From a virus (Duplodnaviria > Caudoviricetes): DNA of 64,000 nt. A model generated the notes under the pieces. That model worked only from the letters and a program-made list of their open reading frames with translations. It was not told where the DNA came from and made no database searches. Below are positions 30,546 to 39,787 of the stretch, one piece after another. The stretch's first letter is position 1, and every line of letters starts with the position of its first letter. A program made the translations under genes and the position numbers. The stretch lies in the IMG/VR virus record IMGVR_UViG_3300042561_000440, positions 363 to 64,362 of that record, one strand, 5' to 3'.

Positions 30546-33500
30546 TTGGACCCGTTTGCCTACCCCGGGTTCTCGGACAAACCCAAGAAACCAATCATTG
30601 GGTACGGGCAGCAGTACGGCCTGACATACAACGGCTTTGATGAGGACGTTCAGAAGGAGCAGTTGTCTCTCCCTGAACGGAACGAACTCCTAGACACCCT
30701 TTCCGACTACGGTGCCCCGGCTGTCAGCGGTCTGTTTGACGGACTGGACTGGCTGGGGTCTCAGGCACGGTCTGCTATCACAGGCAAGGAAGACGCCAGC
30801 GAGGAAGACGTTCTGAAGGCTGCCGGTCTGCTCCCATCTGAAGAAGCATTGGGTGGGTGGGGCAGGCCGATTGCCAAGATTGCGGCTGGCATTGCAACTG
30901 ACCCGCTGACATACACCGGGCTTGGGGCTCTTGGCAGTGCTGCCACGCAGGCCGGTAAGGCAGCCAAGGCGGCTGGGTTTCTTGATGATGCCGCCCGTGC
31001 TGCTAGCCGAACCCAAGTAGACAACATCATCAGTGGTGCAGCCAAGGTGGATGACCTTAGCTGGATAGGCAAGAGGGCACAGAAGCAGTTCCTTGATGAC
31101 ACTGGCACCGACATCACCAGACTGAGCGACGAGGACCTGTTTGCCAGACCGCTCATTGGTCAGGGTCAGGCCCGCCGAGACATGACACTGGGCGAGTTGT
31201 TAGAACGCCAGAGAGACTGGGGTCAGGCCCATTACGACGAGTCCTTTGAGAACCTTCAGGACTTCTTTGCCCGCAACGGCGGCGACCTTGCCTCTCTTCA
31301 GGACACCAAGCTCACTAACGACATCAACTTCGGCCTGCCTTCTTATGGCTGGAACGTGGGATTTAACGTGCCGCTGGGTGAGTCGGCCATGAAGGCTGCC
31401 GATGCTGCGGGCGATCTCTTTAGGTGGAGTGCCCCGGGCCGGTATGCCCACGCTGCTTTTGACCAGAGCGTCCACGGTGCCACTCAGGCCGCAGACCAGA
31501 TCGAACTTGCAAAGCTATCCCGGTCAGATGCCATCACCTCTGCCGCCGGGAGAAGGGAAGCCAACCGAGTGGTCTCCCTGCTACCCCAGTTTAAAGACGC
31601 CGCCACTGACATCAGGATGGGCAACGCCATCCGCAACGTCATTGAAGAAGTGGGGCCAACTCTGGCGGGTGATGCCCGGGTTGCCCATGACGAAGTGCTG
31701 AAGGCTCTCACGGACTTCCGGGCTGGAACTGCCACTGGCGAGGCCGCACAGATTGGGCAGTTCATTGACGAGTGGAAGAACTTGTCCAAGAGGTACATAG
31801 ACCGCAGCCGGGATGTTGGCATAGGCGGCGGGGAATTGGATGACACCTTTGGCACACAGTATTTTCCGCGAGTTCTGGACGATGCCACATTCAATAAGGG
31901 CGGCGGCGGGCCAAGTCGAGGCACTGATTACAGTCGGATGACCTCTGACCAGATCGCCCGCAAGGCCTCCTTTCATGTACCGGGCGGCACCAACACTCTC
32001 CAAGAGTTGAGCCTTGACCCCCGTCTTGCTGGCCAGATGCGGACTGCCGCAAACGACGAGCTTGCTGCGGACATTATCCAGCAGGTCATGCAGCAGAAGA
32101 TCGGTCAGCTTAGGGCAGCCGGTCGCCCAATGGTGGACGCCACCGGGGCACCGCTCACCTACAGCCGACAGAACGCCATTAGCCTAGCCAAGACCCTGAG
32201 GGAAATAGACCCAGACGCCATTGCCAAAAAGCTTCCCATATTTGGGCAGCACCCGGCAGAGTCGGTCGCCAAATACATTACCGGCAGGGAGAAGGCCATG
32301 GGCCGGGCGGGCGTGATCTACAACACGCTTGGCAGGTCAGCCATGCCGGTCAGGCATACGCAAGTTACTGGTGGTGGTGCTGATTCTGCACTCGACACCC
32401 TTAATGACTTGGGTCTGAACACCATCGACCGCCGGGGGCTGATGCTTCCGCCGGGAGTGGCCGACATCGAGGGGGCCAAAGTTCAACTTCTAGACAGGCT
32501 GCACGCCATCGGCCTGAAGAACGGCATCCCAGAGTTTGCCTACGGGAATGTGGACAGCCTGTCGAACGTCTCCTTTGACTCCCGGGCCATCAAGACACTG
32601 CAACGAATCGCTGACTTCTACGAGGTCCCAGAAGTCCAGAGCAGCATGTTTAAGATACTGGATGCGGTGACAACCCTATGGAAGTCATCTATTTTGGCTT
32701 GGCCATCCCGGTTCGTAAGGGACTTTTACTCAGGTGCGTTCTCTAACTTTGTTCTAGTGACACACCCGACCGACATGATGAATGGCTATGCCTCTGCCAA
32801 GCACCTCATCCAAGGACGTTCGGAAGAGCTTGACGAAATCCTTCAGCTTATGCCTCGATACAAGAGGTACGCGACCCCAGAAGAGCGGGCCCAGAAATAC
32901 CTTGGCGACCTAGCCGCCGCCGGTATCAGCAAGGGTCGCCAGCTTGAGGACGTTGGCCAGTCCGCACTGGCCAAGCAGTCGGGCGAAGGCATCAGGGCCG
33001 AGCTTCACGCAGGTGCAGCACCGCAGACTACTTTTGGTTTTCAGGTGACAGACCTGCTTTCGGGGCGTATGCCACTGTCATCCAGACACTCAGCCGGTGC
33101 CGAGCTTCTTGACTTGGGCAACTGGAAGAAGTCCCTGTCCGACGCACCTCAGACATTCCTCGATGCTGTTCAAGGGAAAAAGTCTGATGAGTTGGTCAAC
33201 CCCGTGCTTCGTGCCTCTGCCAAGCTTGGCGACACCACCGACAAGCTCAACCGCATCGCTGGGTACAACGGCCTTCTTTTGCAGGGGGTATCACCAGAGC
33301 AAGCGGCAAAGATGGTAATGGAGTTTCATGTTGATTACTCCTCCCTAACCAAGTTTGAGAAGGGCTGGATCAGGAACGCTATTCCGTTTTGGTCTTACCA
33401 AAGCCGCATTGGCAAGTGGGCACTCAAGCAAATCGTGACCAAGCCGGGCGGTGCCTTCACTCAGGCTGGCATCCGGGCCCCTCAGGTGCTGTCCCAAAAC

Positions 33501-34292
33501 GGTGCCGAGGACGAGTACGTTCCCGCCCGCATTGCTGACAAGTATGGTGTCTCTCTTGAGCCTCTCCGCAAGATTCCCGGCATGGCACCCCTTGTTGACG
33601 CCATTGCACCAGCCGATGCTAGCGTTACATCGTGGGTATCCGACATTGATCTTCCCGGCATAGATCAGATCAATATGTTCCGGCCTAAGGTGGACCCTGA
33701 AACCGGGGCCATCTACCCGCTCAAGACCACGACCGACTCGCTTCTTAGCTTGGCCGAAGGTGCCCACCCACTTATCAAGGCTGGCGTTGAGCTAGGCACC
33801 GGACGGGACACATACACCGGGATCAAAAAAAACTACGCCCGCTCGACCCTGCCTAAAGTCCTGTCCAATCTGGGGATGCTGGGCCCCGAGAGCTACAAAA
33901 CAGCAGAAAGCCTAGGCATCCTCGACACCGCACTTCAGTTCGCAGTGCCCGGCTACAGCCGATCTGGCCAGCTAATCCGCAGGCTGACAGACCCGAGGCT
34001 AGAGAACCCCGGGACGGCGGCGGCTCAGGCTCTATTCAATATGTTCACTGGAGCCAAGATCGAAAACATTGACGATCAGGAAAAGACCCGAGACGCCTTG
34101 GATAAGATCAGCGAGATTCTGGCAGACGATCCAGCCGTCAGGAACTTTGAAAGCACCTATATCCCTAAAGAACTCCTGCCGGTGGTGGACGAGCGAACCC
34201 GGCAGCTATACCAACTCGACCGCCAGCTTCGGAAAGAACGCAGGCAGATTCAGAATGTGAAGCCAGACCGCTATAACCCGCTCAATTACTAG
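30546..34292 (+). CDS. Large ejection/polyvalent-type protein
   Basis: 1248 aa; DPLTY motif; VDYSSLTKFEK..IRNAIPFWSY and HPLIK..VEL.TG.D.YTG motifs of large phage internal proteins; GGAGG RBS before TTG. Confidence 0.65.
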   Translation: MDPFAYPGFSDKPKKPIIGYGQQYGLTYNGFDEDVQKEQLSLPERNELLDTLSDYGAPAVSGLFDGLDWLGSQARSAITGKEDASEEDVLKAAGLLPSEEALGGWGRPIAKIAAGIATDPLTYTGLGALGSAATQAGKAAKAAGFLDDAARAASRTQVDNIISGAAKVDDLSWIGKRAQKQFLDDTGTDITRLSDEDLFARPLIGQGQARRDMTLGELLERQRDWGQAHYDESFENLQDFFARNGGDLASLQDTKLTNDINFGLPSYGWNVGFNVPLGESAMKAADAAGDLFRWSAPGRYAHAAFDQSVHGATQAADQIELAKLSRSDAITSAAGRREANRVVSLLPQFKDAATDIRMGNAIRNVIEEVGPTLAGDARVAHDEVLKALTDFRAGTATGEAAQIGQFIDEWKNLSKRYIDRSRDVGIGGGELDDTFGTQYFPRVLDDATFNKGGGGPSRGTDYSRMTSDQIARKASFHVPGGTNTLQELSLDPRLAGQMRTAANDELAADIIQQVMQQKIGQLRAAGRPMVDATGAPLTYSRQNAISLAKTLREIDPDAIAKKLPIFGQHPAESVAKYITGREKAMGRAGVIYNTLGRSAMPVRHTQVTGGGADSALDTLNDLGLNTIDRRGLMLPPGVADIEGAKVQLLDRLHAIGLKNGIPEFAYGNVDSLSNVSFDSRAIKTLQRIADFYEVPEVQSSMFKILDAVTTLWKSSILAWPSRFVRDFYSGAFSNFVLVTHPTDMMNGYASAKHLIQGRSEELDEILQLMPRYKRYATPEERAQKYLGDLAAAGISKGRQLEDVGQSALAKQSGEGIRAELHAGAAPQTTFGFQVTDLLSGRMPLSSRHSAGAELLDLGNWKKSLSDAPQTFLDAVQGKKSDELVNPVLRASAKLGDTTDKLNRIAGYNGLLLQGVSPEQAAKMVMEFHVDYSSLTKFEKGWIRNAIPFWSYQSRIGKWALKQIVTKPGGAFTQAGIRAPQVLSQNGAEDEYVPARIADKYGVSLEPLRKIPGMAPLVDAIAPADASVTSWVSDIDLPGIDQINMFRPKVDPETGAIYPLKTTTDSLLSLAEGAHPLIKAGVELGTGRDTYTGIKKNYARSTLPKVLSNLGMLGPESYKTAESLGILDTALQFAVPGYSRSGQLIRRLTDPRLENPGTAAAQALFNMFTGAKIENIDDQEKTRDALDKISEILADDPAVRNFESTYIPKELLPVVDERTRQLYQLDRQLRKERRQIQNVKPDRYNPLNY

Positions 34293-35125
34293 CCTGCTAT
34301 TGGAGGCGGTGATGGACAGGAGTTTGGCAGTAGGCTCTTATCAATATAGTGCTTCATAGCAAGCTCGGGTGAGCGGTGTCCCAAGAAGCGGCTGGCCTGA
34401 CCGGGATTGGTCGCCTCGACCCACGTTGCCCCGGTCCTTCGCATCCACTTGCAGGTGCCAATCACGCCCGCCTGTTTCACCAGACGCGCCCACCTGATCC
34501 GCAGCCACCGCTCTGCCAGTGCCCAGCGGAAAATGGTGCCGTCTTTTGAGCGGACACTTAGGTCGTTGAGAATCCGGCTGCACTCCGGTGACAGAACGTG
34601 GACGATGCCGTCGCCGGTTTTGTGCTGGATGGTGTGCAGCCTGCCGTCCCGAATCTGGTGTGCCTTGAGGTTGAGCAGGTCGCTGAACCTGAGGCCGCAC
34701 TCGTACCCCGCCAACAGCCAGCCGCTGAAGAAGAGGGCCGCCGGGCACCCGCTCTGTAGGTTGCCAGAAAGTTGACGGGCGTGGTGCAGCAGACGCCGCA
34801 GTTCCTCCTGTGTCCATGCAACCGGCGGTGACAGCGGTGCCTTGACTCTGCGCACACCGTCCGTAAAATGTGTGGCACTGGGACCGAGGGCAGCCCGCAC
34901 AACCGTACAGGCCTGCCGCCGGTAATTCGCCTTGGTTTGTTTGGAGCAGGCCAGCGAGTCGAGCCAGTTGTTGATCGATTCAGGATTCAGGTTGGCCACG
35001 GATGTCACGCCAAACGCGGACAGTCTCTCGACTGTCCTGTACAGATGCCGCCGGTAGTTGGGGCAGACCTCTCTCTGCGAGAGGTATCGGTCCAGCACTG
35101 CCTTCAGCGGTGTCTTGTCTGTCAT
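34289..35125 (-). CDS. int: Tyrosine integrase
   Basis: GLRFSDLLNL (R), QHKT (K), KWMRR (variant HxxR), LGH...HY; probable start ATG 35125. Confidence 0.9.
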   Translation of the reverse strand: MTDKTPLKAVLDRYLSQREVCPNYRRHLYRTVERLSAFGVTSVANLNPESINNWLDSLACSKQTKANYRRQACTVVRAALGPSATHFTDGVRRVKAPLSPPVAWTQEELRRLLHHARQLSGNLQSGCPAALFFSGWLLAGYECGLRFSDLLNLKAHQIRDGRLHTIQHKTGDGIVHVLSPECSRILNDLSVRSKDGTIFRWALAERWLRIRWARLVKQAGVIGTCKWMRRTGATWVEATNPGQASRFLGHRSPELAMKHYIDKSLLPNSCPSPPPIAG

Positions 35126-35261
35126 TGGTGGTACGTCGTGGCGTCCACTATCCTGACCAGTCTTTCGCGGTCGTGCCGTTCCCCCCAAAGATGGCGACTT
35201 CTTTTTGGGGGTCTTCTCCCCGCTGTGTTTTTTCCGACAAAAAAAGGAATCGTGAACCCTC

Positions 35262-36221
35262 ATGGATAACTCCAGCAATGAGGGAAGTGTTGCTTCTACC
35301 AGTGATGCCGGTTACGCTGCCGTGGATTGCGGGCGTAACTCAGTTGGTAGAGTGCTAGCTTCCCAAGCTACCTATCGTTCGGTTGATGTTCGGCACGGCG
35401 AATCCAACGAGGATTACCACGCCGACCGGGGGCACTTCTCTTGCTCCCAGATCAAAGACTTCATCGAGTCGCCGTCTTACTTCCATAGACGGCACATCCT
35501 CCGGTGTGAACCATCGCCCTCTTCAGAGAGCTTGGCCAGAGGAACGCTTGTTCACCTTTGCTTTGAGCTTGGGTGGGAAGCTGCTGCCGACCGGATCAAG
35601 GTCATCCCGGCAGAGCATCTGACCGGCACTGGTCTCCTGTCCACTAAGGCTGACAGCAAGAAGTGGGTGGCCGATCAGGGTGACGCCATTCTGGTCACCC
35701 CTCAGGACGCAGAGTTCCTGACCGAGGTGCAGTCTCAATGCACCTTGAACAAGGCGGTGTCCAAGCTGCTGGACAGCCTCATCCACAAAGAAGTCTCCAT
35801 CCGGTGGTCGAGGGACAACGGCACCAAGCTGCGGTGCAGGCCTGACGCCATCACTAACGATGGCAGGGTGGTTGATTACAAGACCACCAAGTACCGGAAT
35901 CCTGCCAAGGATTTTTGGAGAGCATGTAAGGACTACATGTATGGGCTGCAATCAGCCCTTTACCAAGAGGGTGCAGCCGCCGCTGGGTTCAGTGACGAGC
36001 CCCTCATCTTTGTCCTCATCAGCACGGCCTCTCCGTGCGTGATTGCCAAGACCCTTCCCCAAAGGTTTATCGACCTTGGGAAGACCCAGTTGGATCGTGC
36101 ATTGGCTGATCTGTCTGCACGGATGTCGTTCGGTGACTGGACCCCCGATGGATATGGGTCCATCGATGAATTGTATATGCCCGAATTCTGTTTCAAGGAT
36201 TACCAAGGAGGTGACGCATGA
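35262..36221 (+). CDS. RecE/exonuclease VIII-like PD-(D/E)XK nuclease
   Basis: SNEDYHA, SCSQIK, GTLVH, LRCRPD, VVDYKTT, YGLQSALY. Confidence 0.88.
   Translation: MDNSSNEGSVASTSDAGYAAVDCGRNSVGRVLASQATYRSVDVRHGESNEDYHADRGHFSCSQIKDFIESPSYFHRRHILRCEPSPSSESLARGTLVHLCFELGWEAAADRIKVIPAEHLTGTGLLSTKADSKKWVADQGDAILVTPQDAEFLTEVQSQCTLNKAVSKLLDSLIHKEVSIRWSRDNGTKLRCRPDAITNDGRVVDYKTTKYRNPAKDFWRACKDYMYGLQSALYQEGAAAAGFSDEPLIFVLISTASPCVIAKTLPQRFIDLGKTQLDRALADLSARMSFGDWTPDGYGSIDELYMPEFCFKDYQGGDA
35290..35318 (+). promoter_or_regulatory. Sigma70-type promoter TTGCTT-N17-TACGCT just upstream of the tRNA half
   Basis: Exact 17-nt spacer, TAnnnT -10 ending 10 nt before tRNA position 1. Confidence 0.55.
35329..35370 (+). 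tRNA. 5' half of tRNA-Gly(CCC); candidate attP core
   Basis: GCGGGCG-TA-ACTC-AGTTGGTA-GAGT-G-CTAGC-TTCCCAA-GCTA; no T-arm or 3' acceptor follows; about 200 nt from int. Confidence 0.8.
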
Positions 36222-36841
36222 CTGCTATGTATGGCGAACGCTCGGCCCAAGTTGACCAGTTGTTTGAGGCCCTTAGTAAGTTCCATGGAGACATTACCAA
36301 TGTTGAACGGACTCGACAGGGTGAGTTCGGTTTGTATGCCGATCTTGGTGCCTGCTGGGACAAGGTTCGGAAGGCTCTTGCTGCCAATGGGCTCGGCCTT
36401 ACTCAACCTATTCTCCCTTATGGATCGGACGGGTCTCTGGCTGTTGTGTCTCACCTTGGGCATTCCTCAGGCCAGTACCTCATCTCGGCTATCCCGCTCA
36501 CGCCGGGACTGAATATGCAGGAGCTTGCCGGTGAGGCTACCTATGCCCGCCGCATTGCCATGAGCGGACTGCTGGGGCTGGCTGCCGACTGGGATGACGA
36601 TGGCAAGCAGGCAAAGGCCAACCATCAGGCTCACAGGTATGCCAACGATACCGACCGCAAGTGGTGCGAGAAGGCAAAGAAGGCGATCAGCGATGCCCTC
36701 TATGCCGCCGATGGTGATGCCCTCACTGAGGTGCAGCACAAGATCGAGAAGGCTGTGAAGGACGGCCACATCTCTCCTGCCAGCCAGCAGATGCTGGAAG
36801 AGTATGCCGCCAGCGTTGGAGAGGAGGTGACCAATGCTTAG
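36218..36841 (+). CDS. erf: ERF-family ssDNA annealing protein
   Basis: YADL..., HSSGQ, TYARR..MSGLLGLAADWDDDG. Confidence 0.88.
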   Translation: MTAMYGERSAQVDQLFEALSKFHGDITNVERTRQGEFGLYADLGACWDKVRKALAANGLGLTQPILPYGSDGSLAVVSHLGHSSGQYLISAIPLTPGLNMQELAGEATYARRIAMSGLLGLAADWDDDGKQAKANHQAHRYANDTDRKWCEKAKKAISDALYAADGDALTEVQHKIEKAVKDGHISPASQQMLEEYAASVGEEVTNA

Positions 36842-37322
36842 CGACAAGCAGGTCAATGACCTTGAGAACCTGATTGTGTTCTCAACCATGGACAACCTTC
36901 CTCTGATTCTTTCCCGTGCCATCCCGTTGTTGTTCAGCGAGTTGCGTCTGGTGAGGGCCACGCTCGACAGCAAGGTTGGCGACTTCCTTGGAGGCATCCA
37001 TGACCAGCGAGAAGAGGTGGGTGAAGGTGCAGGTGATAGCGGACTACCACCACGGCATGAGCCTGTGGAAGCTGGCCCAAAAGTATCGGGGGATGGCCAC
37101 GCAGGTGGAGATCAGGCAGTGGCTGGGGAACAAGGTGAGGCCCAAGAGCGGGGAGATGGAACACATAGACGAAAGCGAGGTCGCCCAAAGAAAGCTGGAG
37201 GTTCAGTCTCACTGGACACCGGAGCAAGCCAGCAAGAGGTGGGTGGGGAGGCTGATCCAGCCCAAGGTTTCGATTCACTCCTCGGCATCGAAGCTACTCC
37301 CAGACTGAAAGGCGGTGCCTGA
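36834..37322 (+). CDS. Hypothetical protein; its low-complexity C-terminal part overlaps the next gene
   Basis: GGAGGTG RBS. Confidence 0.5.
   Translation: MLSDKQVNDLENLIVFSTMDNLPLILSRAIPLLFSELRLVRATLDSKVGDFLGGIHDQREEVGEGAGDSGLPPRHEPVEAGPKVSGDGHAGGDQAVAGEQGEAQERGDGTHRRKRGRPKKAGGSVSLDTGASQQEVGGEADPAQGFDSLLGIEATPRLKGGA
37000..37308 (+). CDS. HTH-like protein nested in another frame
   Basis: GGAGG RBS before ATG 37000; ADYHHGMSLWKLAQKY....EIRQWL. Confidence 0.55.
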   Translation: MTSEKRWVKVQVIADYHHGMSLWKLAQKYRGMATQVEIRQWLGNKVRPKSGEMEHIDESEVAQRKLEVQSHWTPEQASKRWVGRLIQPKVSIHSSASKLLPD

Positions 37323-37528
37323 TGGGTCTCGCATTGACCAGAAGGATTGGAGAGTCCGTGTTGCTTGTGTGCAGGGAGATTGGCCCGATCAAGGTCACCA
37401 TCACTGGCCGTGGCCAGAACCCCAACCACATCAAGATCAACATCGAGGCACCGCAGAACGTCAACATCATCAGGGAAGAGTTACTCGACAAAGAAAGGCG
37501 GAAGGATTCGCATGACAACAGCTACTAA
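37322..37528 (+). CDS. csrA: Carbon storage regulator CsrA homologue
   Basis: LALTRRIGESV...IKINIEAPQNVNIIREEL. Confidence 0.88.
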   Translation: MGLALTRRIGESVLLVCREIGPIKVTITGRGQNPNHIKINIEAPQNVNIIREELLDKERRKDSHDNSY

Positions 37529-39080
37529 TCAGTGCCACCTTCCCCTGTTTGATGATGTCCTTAGGGACTATCAGCGGGAAGGAATCCTTAAAGCACGGGC
37601 TAGCTTCCGTGCTGGTAATAAGCGGGTCATGATCGTGCTGCCCACCGGAATGGGCAAGACTCGCTTGTTCACAATCCTGCCCCGGGACGGAGCCCGGGTG
37701 CTGGTTGTGTGCCCACAGCGTGAACTCGTCGGGCAGACAGTGCAGTCCATCAGGTCGCTCAGAAGGATGGCTGCCGGGATCGAGATGGCTGGTGACCGCT
37801 GGGATGGTGAGAGTTGGGCGGTGGCCTGCTACGCCAGCTTGGTTTCCAACGAACGCTACAAGAAGTTCTTGGGCAACATCGATCTGGTGGTGGTAGACGA
37901 GTGCGACACCAGCTTCTCCATCCCGTTCCGGGCGATGATGGAAGAGTTCGTGTCCCACGGGGCAAGGGTCTTGGGGGTGACGGCCACGCCTTTCCGTGGT
38001 GACAAGGCCAGCCTCTTTGGATTCTACGAGGATGTCCCTTTCTGCATGGAATTGCGAGATGCCCTTGCCCAGAACTGGTTGGTCAGCCCCAAGGTGTTCG
38101 TCCACCGGGTCAAGAGTGTGGACTTCAGCAAGCTGGCCAAGGCCAAGTCAATCGACTACAGCCCCGAGCAGCTTGATCGGCTTCTCACCAGTGAGCAAGT
38201 CAGCCACGACATTGCTGCCCTAGCCATGGAGGTGATGCAGGACAGCCACAACGTCCTGTTCTGCAACAGCGTTCTCCAGTCGAGGATCATGCGGGACCTC
38301 ATGTCCACTAGGCATGGCGTGAAGACCAGCTTGGTATGGGGAACCCAGAACCCAGAGGAAAGAGCCGCAGAGATCAAGGCATTTGAGGACGGCACCAACA
38401 AGCTGATCGTCAACTGCAATGTTCTAGGCAGGGGCTATGACTGCCCAGAGATCAGGTGCATCGTCAACGCCAAGCCCACCAAGAGTAAGGCCCGGTACAT
38501 CCAGTGTCTGGGCCGTGGGACTAGGGCACTGACAGGCACTCTCCAGCAGGGCATGAGTCTGGAGGAGAGGGCTGCCGCCATCGCGGCTAGCAGCAAGCCC
38601 CACTGGTACATGCACGACATCACCTCGACAGTGCGGTTCCATGAGCCCATCACGGCCATCGACATCCTGCTCCAAGGCCCCAAGGACATTATCCAAAAGG
38701 TCAAGGAAAAGAATGAGGACAAGGAGACCACGCCCGAGGAACTGGACGAGGCATTGGCAGAGGCAATCGCAGAGCAAGAGGCTCTGGAGAAGCTGGCCAG
38801 AGAAGAAGAGAAGCGGCGTCGTGCAGAGCTTGTTGTCGGCGTGACATTCGACTCCGAATCCCGAGACCTGTTTGCCAAGGCTGATGCCAAGGCTCCGAAG
38901 GTAAGGACCTATCGGATTCTTTTTGGCAAGTACAAAGGCTACCCAATTAGCAGCCCCGAGGTTCCAGATAGTTATCTCCGATGGCTGTTAGACAAGGGCA
39001 GGCTCACTCCTTTCTGGCATCAAGTTCACCGACAAGAGCTTGAGCGCAGAGAGGCCCGCAAGCGGACACAAAACAACTGA
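37512..39080 (+). CDS. SF2 (DExD) helicase with C-terminal FGKYKG domain
   Basis: LRDYQ, PTGMGKT, DECD, TATP, GYDCP, QCLGRGTR; FGKYKG..VPDSYLRWL. Confidence 0.92.
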   Translation: MTTATNQCHLPLFDDVLRDYQREGILKARASFRAGNKRVMIVLPTGMGKTRLFTILPRDGARVLVVCPQRELVGQTVQSIRSLRRMAAGIEMAGDRWDGESWAVACYASLVSNERYKKFLGNIDLVVVDECDTSFSIPFRAMMEEFVSHGARVLGVTATPFRGDKASLFGFYEDVPFCMELRDALAQNWLVSPKVFVHRVKSVDFSKLAKAKSIDYSPEQLDRLLTSEQVSHDIAALAMEVMQDSHNVLFCNSVLQSRIMRDLMSTRHGVKTSLVWGTQNPEERAAEIKAFEDGTNKLIVNCNVLGRGYDCPEIRCIVNAKPTKSKARYIQCLGRGTRALTGTLQQGMSLEERAAAIAASSKPHWYMHDITSTVRFHEPITAIDILLQGPKDIIQKVKEKNEDKETTPEELDEALAEAIAEQEALEKLAREEEKRRRAELVVGVTFDSESRDLFAKADAKAPKVRTYRILFGKYKGYPISSPEVPDSYLRWLLDKGRLTPFWHQVHRQELERREARKRTQNN

Positions 39081-39088
39081 CCGAATGA

Positions 39089-39119
39089 TTGACATTTTTT
39101 TCAGAGGACAGTAACGCTC
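39089..39119 (+). promoter_or_regulatory. Candidate promoter TTGACA-N17-TAACGCTC
   Basis: Perfect -35 at the start of a long intergenic region; -10 imperfect. Confidence 0.4.
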
Positions 39120-39124
39120 GCACA

Positions 39125-39770
39125 ACTTCCCCGAGAGCCTGCACGGGGCCGGAGATTGCAGCACCAACAACTCAATGATTCCCGCACGACGGACAGGGAC
39201 AACACGGTGGCGTCATGCGGCGAAGGCCTACCACGGGAGTCGGACGAAGGCCAAACCTATACGAAGAAGCAAGGGGTGTCTGAGGCGAGTGGTAACCAGC
39301 GGCTCGTCAATAGCAATGTTTCAAGTCCATCCTGCCGCAGCCAATAGGGTGGAATCACGCCGTCATAACGACCCACAGGGGGCTCCGGTATGGCGGGCGG
39401 TGCAGCGTGTTCCCGATCACTTGGATTTTAAGAACGAAGCAAACGACATGGCCACTGATGCCGCCGCCGCCTAGTGCTGCCGCTCCATCAGTCTCCCAGT
39501 CGTGACCAATAGTGTGCCGGTACGGGGCCAAGCAGGAAGTCATTTACTTCTGCCCGTCAGACCGGAGCGAGCATTGGTCAGCTTCGTCTTAAAGTTGAAG
39601 TCCGGTAGGAGGGAATACGCTTCACCGAGGACTAAAACCCTTGGACATAACAAACTGCCCCCATGAATTACCTTGGGGGTTGCGCTACCTATAGGACAGT
39701 GGCCGACCTTTAACTGGGACCGACCATCGGCTGGAACGGCGGCACCCCAATCATTACCCCCAGCGAGTTC
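39125..39770 (+). ncRNA. Candidate large structured RNA (or replication origin)
   Basis: No convincing CDS; long-range 19-nt helix 39382-39400/39550-39568 with G-U pairs, plus several local stems. Confidence 0.4.
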
Positions 39771-39787
39771 CCTAAGGAGATGATCTG

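Noticed and set aside
25735-34292. Virion RNA polymerase among the large proteins
   Set aside because: No DxDGD or T7-like polymerase motifs recognised; a structure search would be needed to exclude it fully
35126-35278. N-terminal extension of the integrase as given in the ORF track
   Set aside because: Low-complexity, spans a hairpin and A/T tracts that look regulatory; ATG 35125 gives a typical domain start
35329-35405. Complete functional tRNA-Gly
   Set aside because: No T-arm or 3' acceptor strand (CGCCCGC) follows the anticodon arm
39175-39474. 99-aa ORF as a confident gene
   Set aside because: No RBS or recognisable domain; kept only as a possible carrier of the tag-like C-terminus
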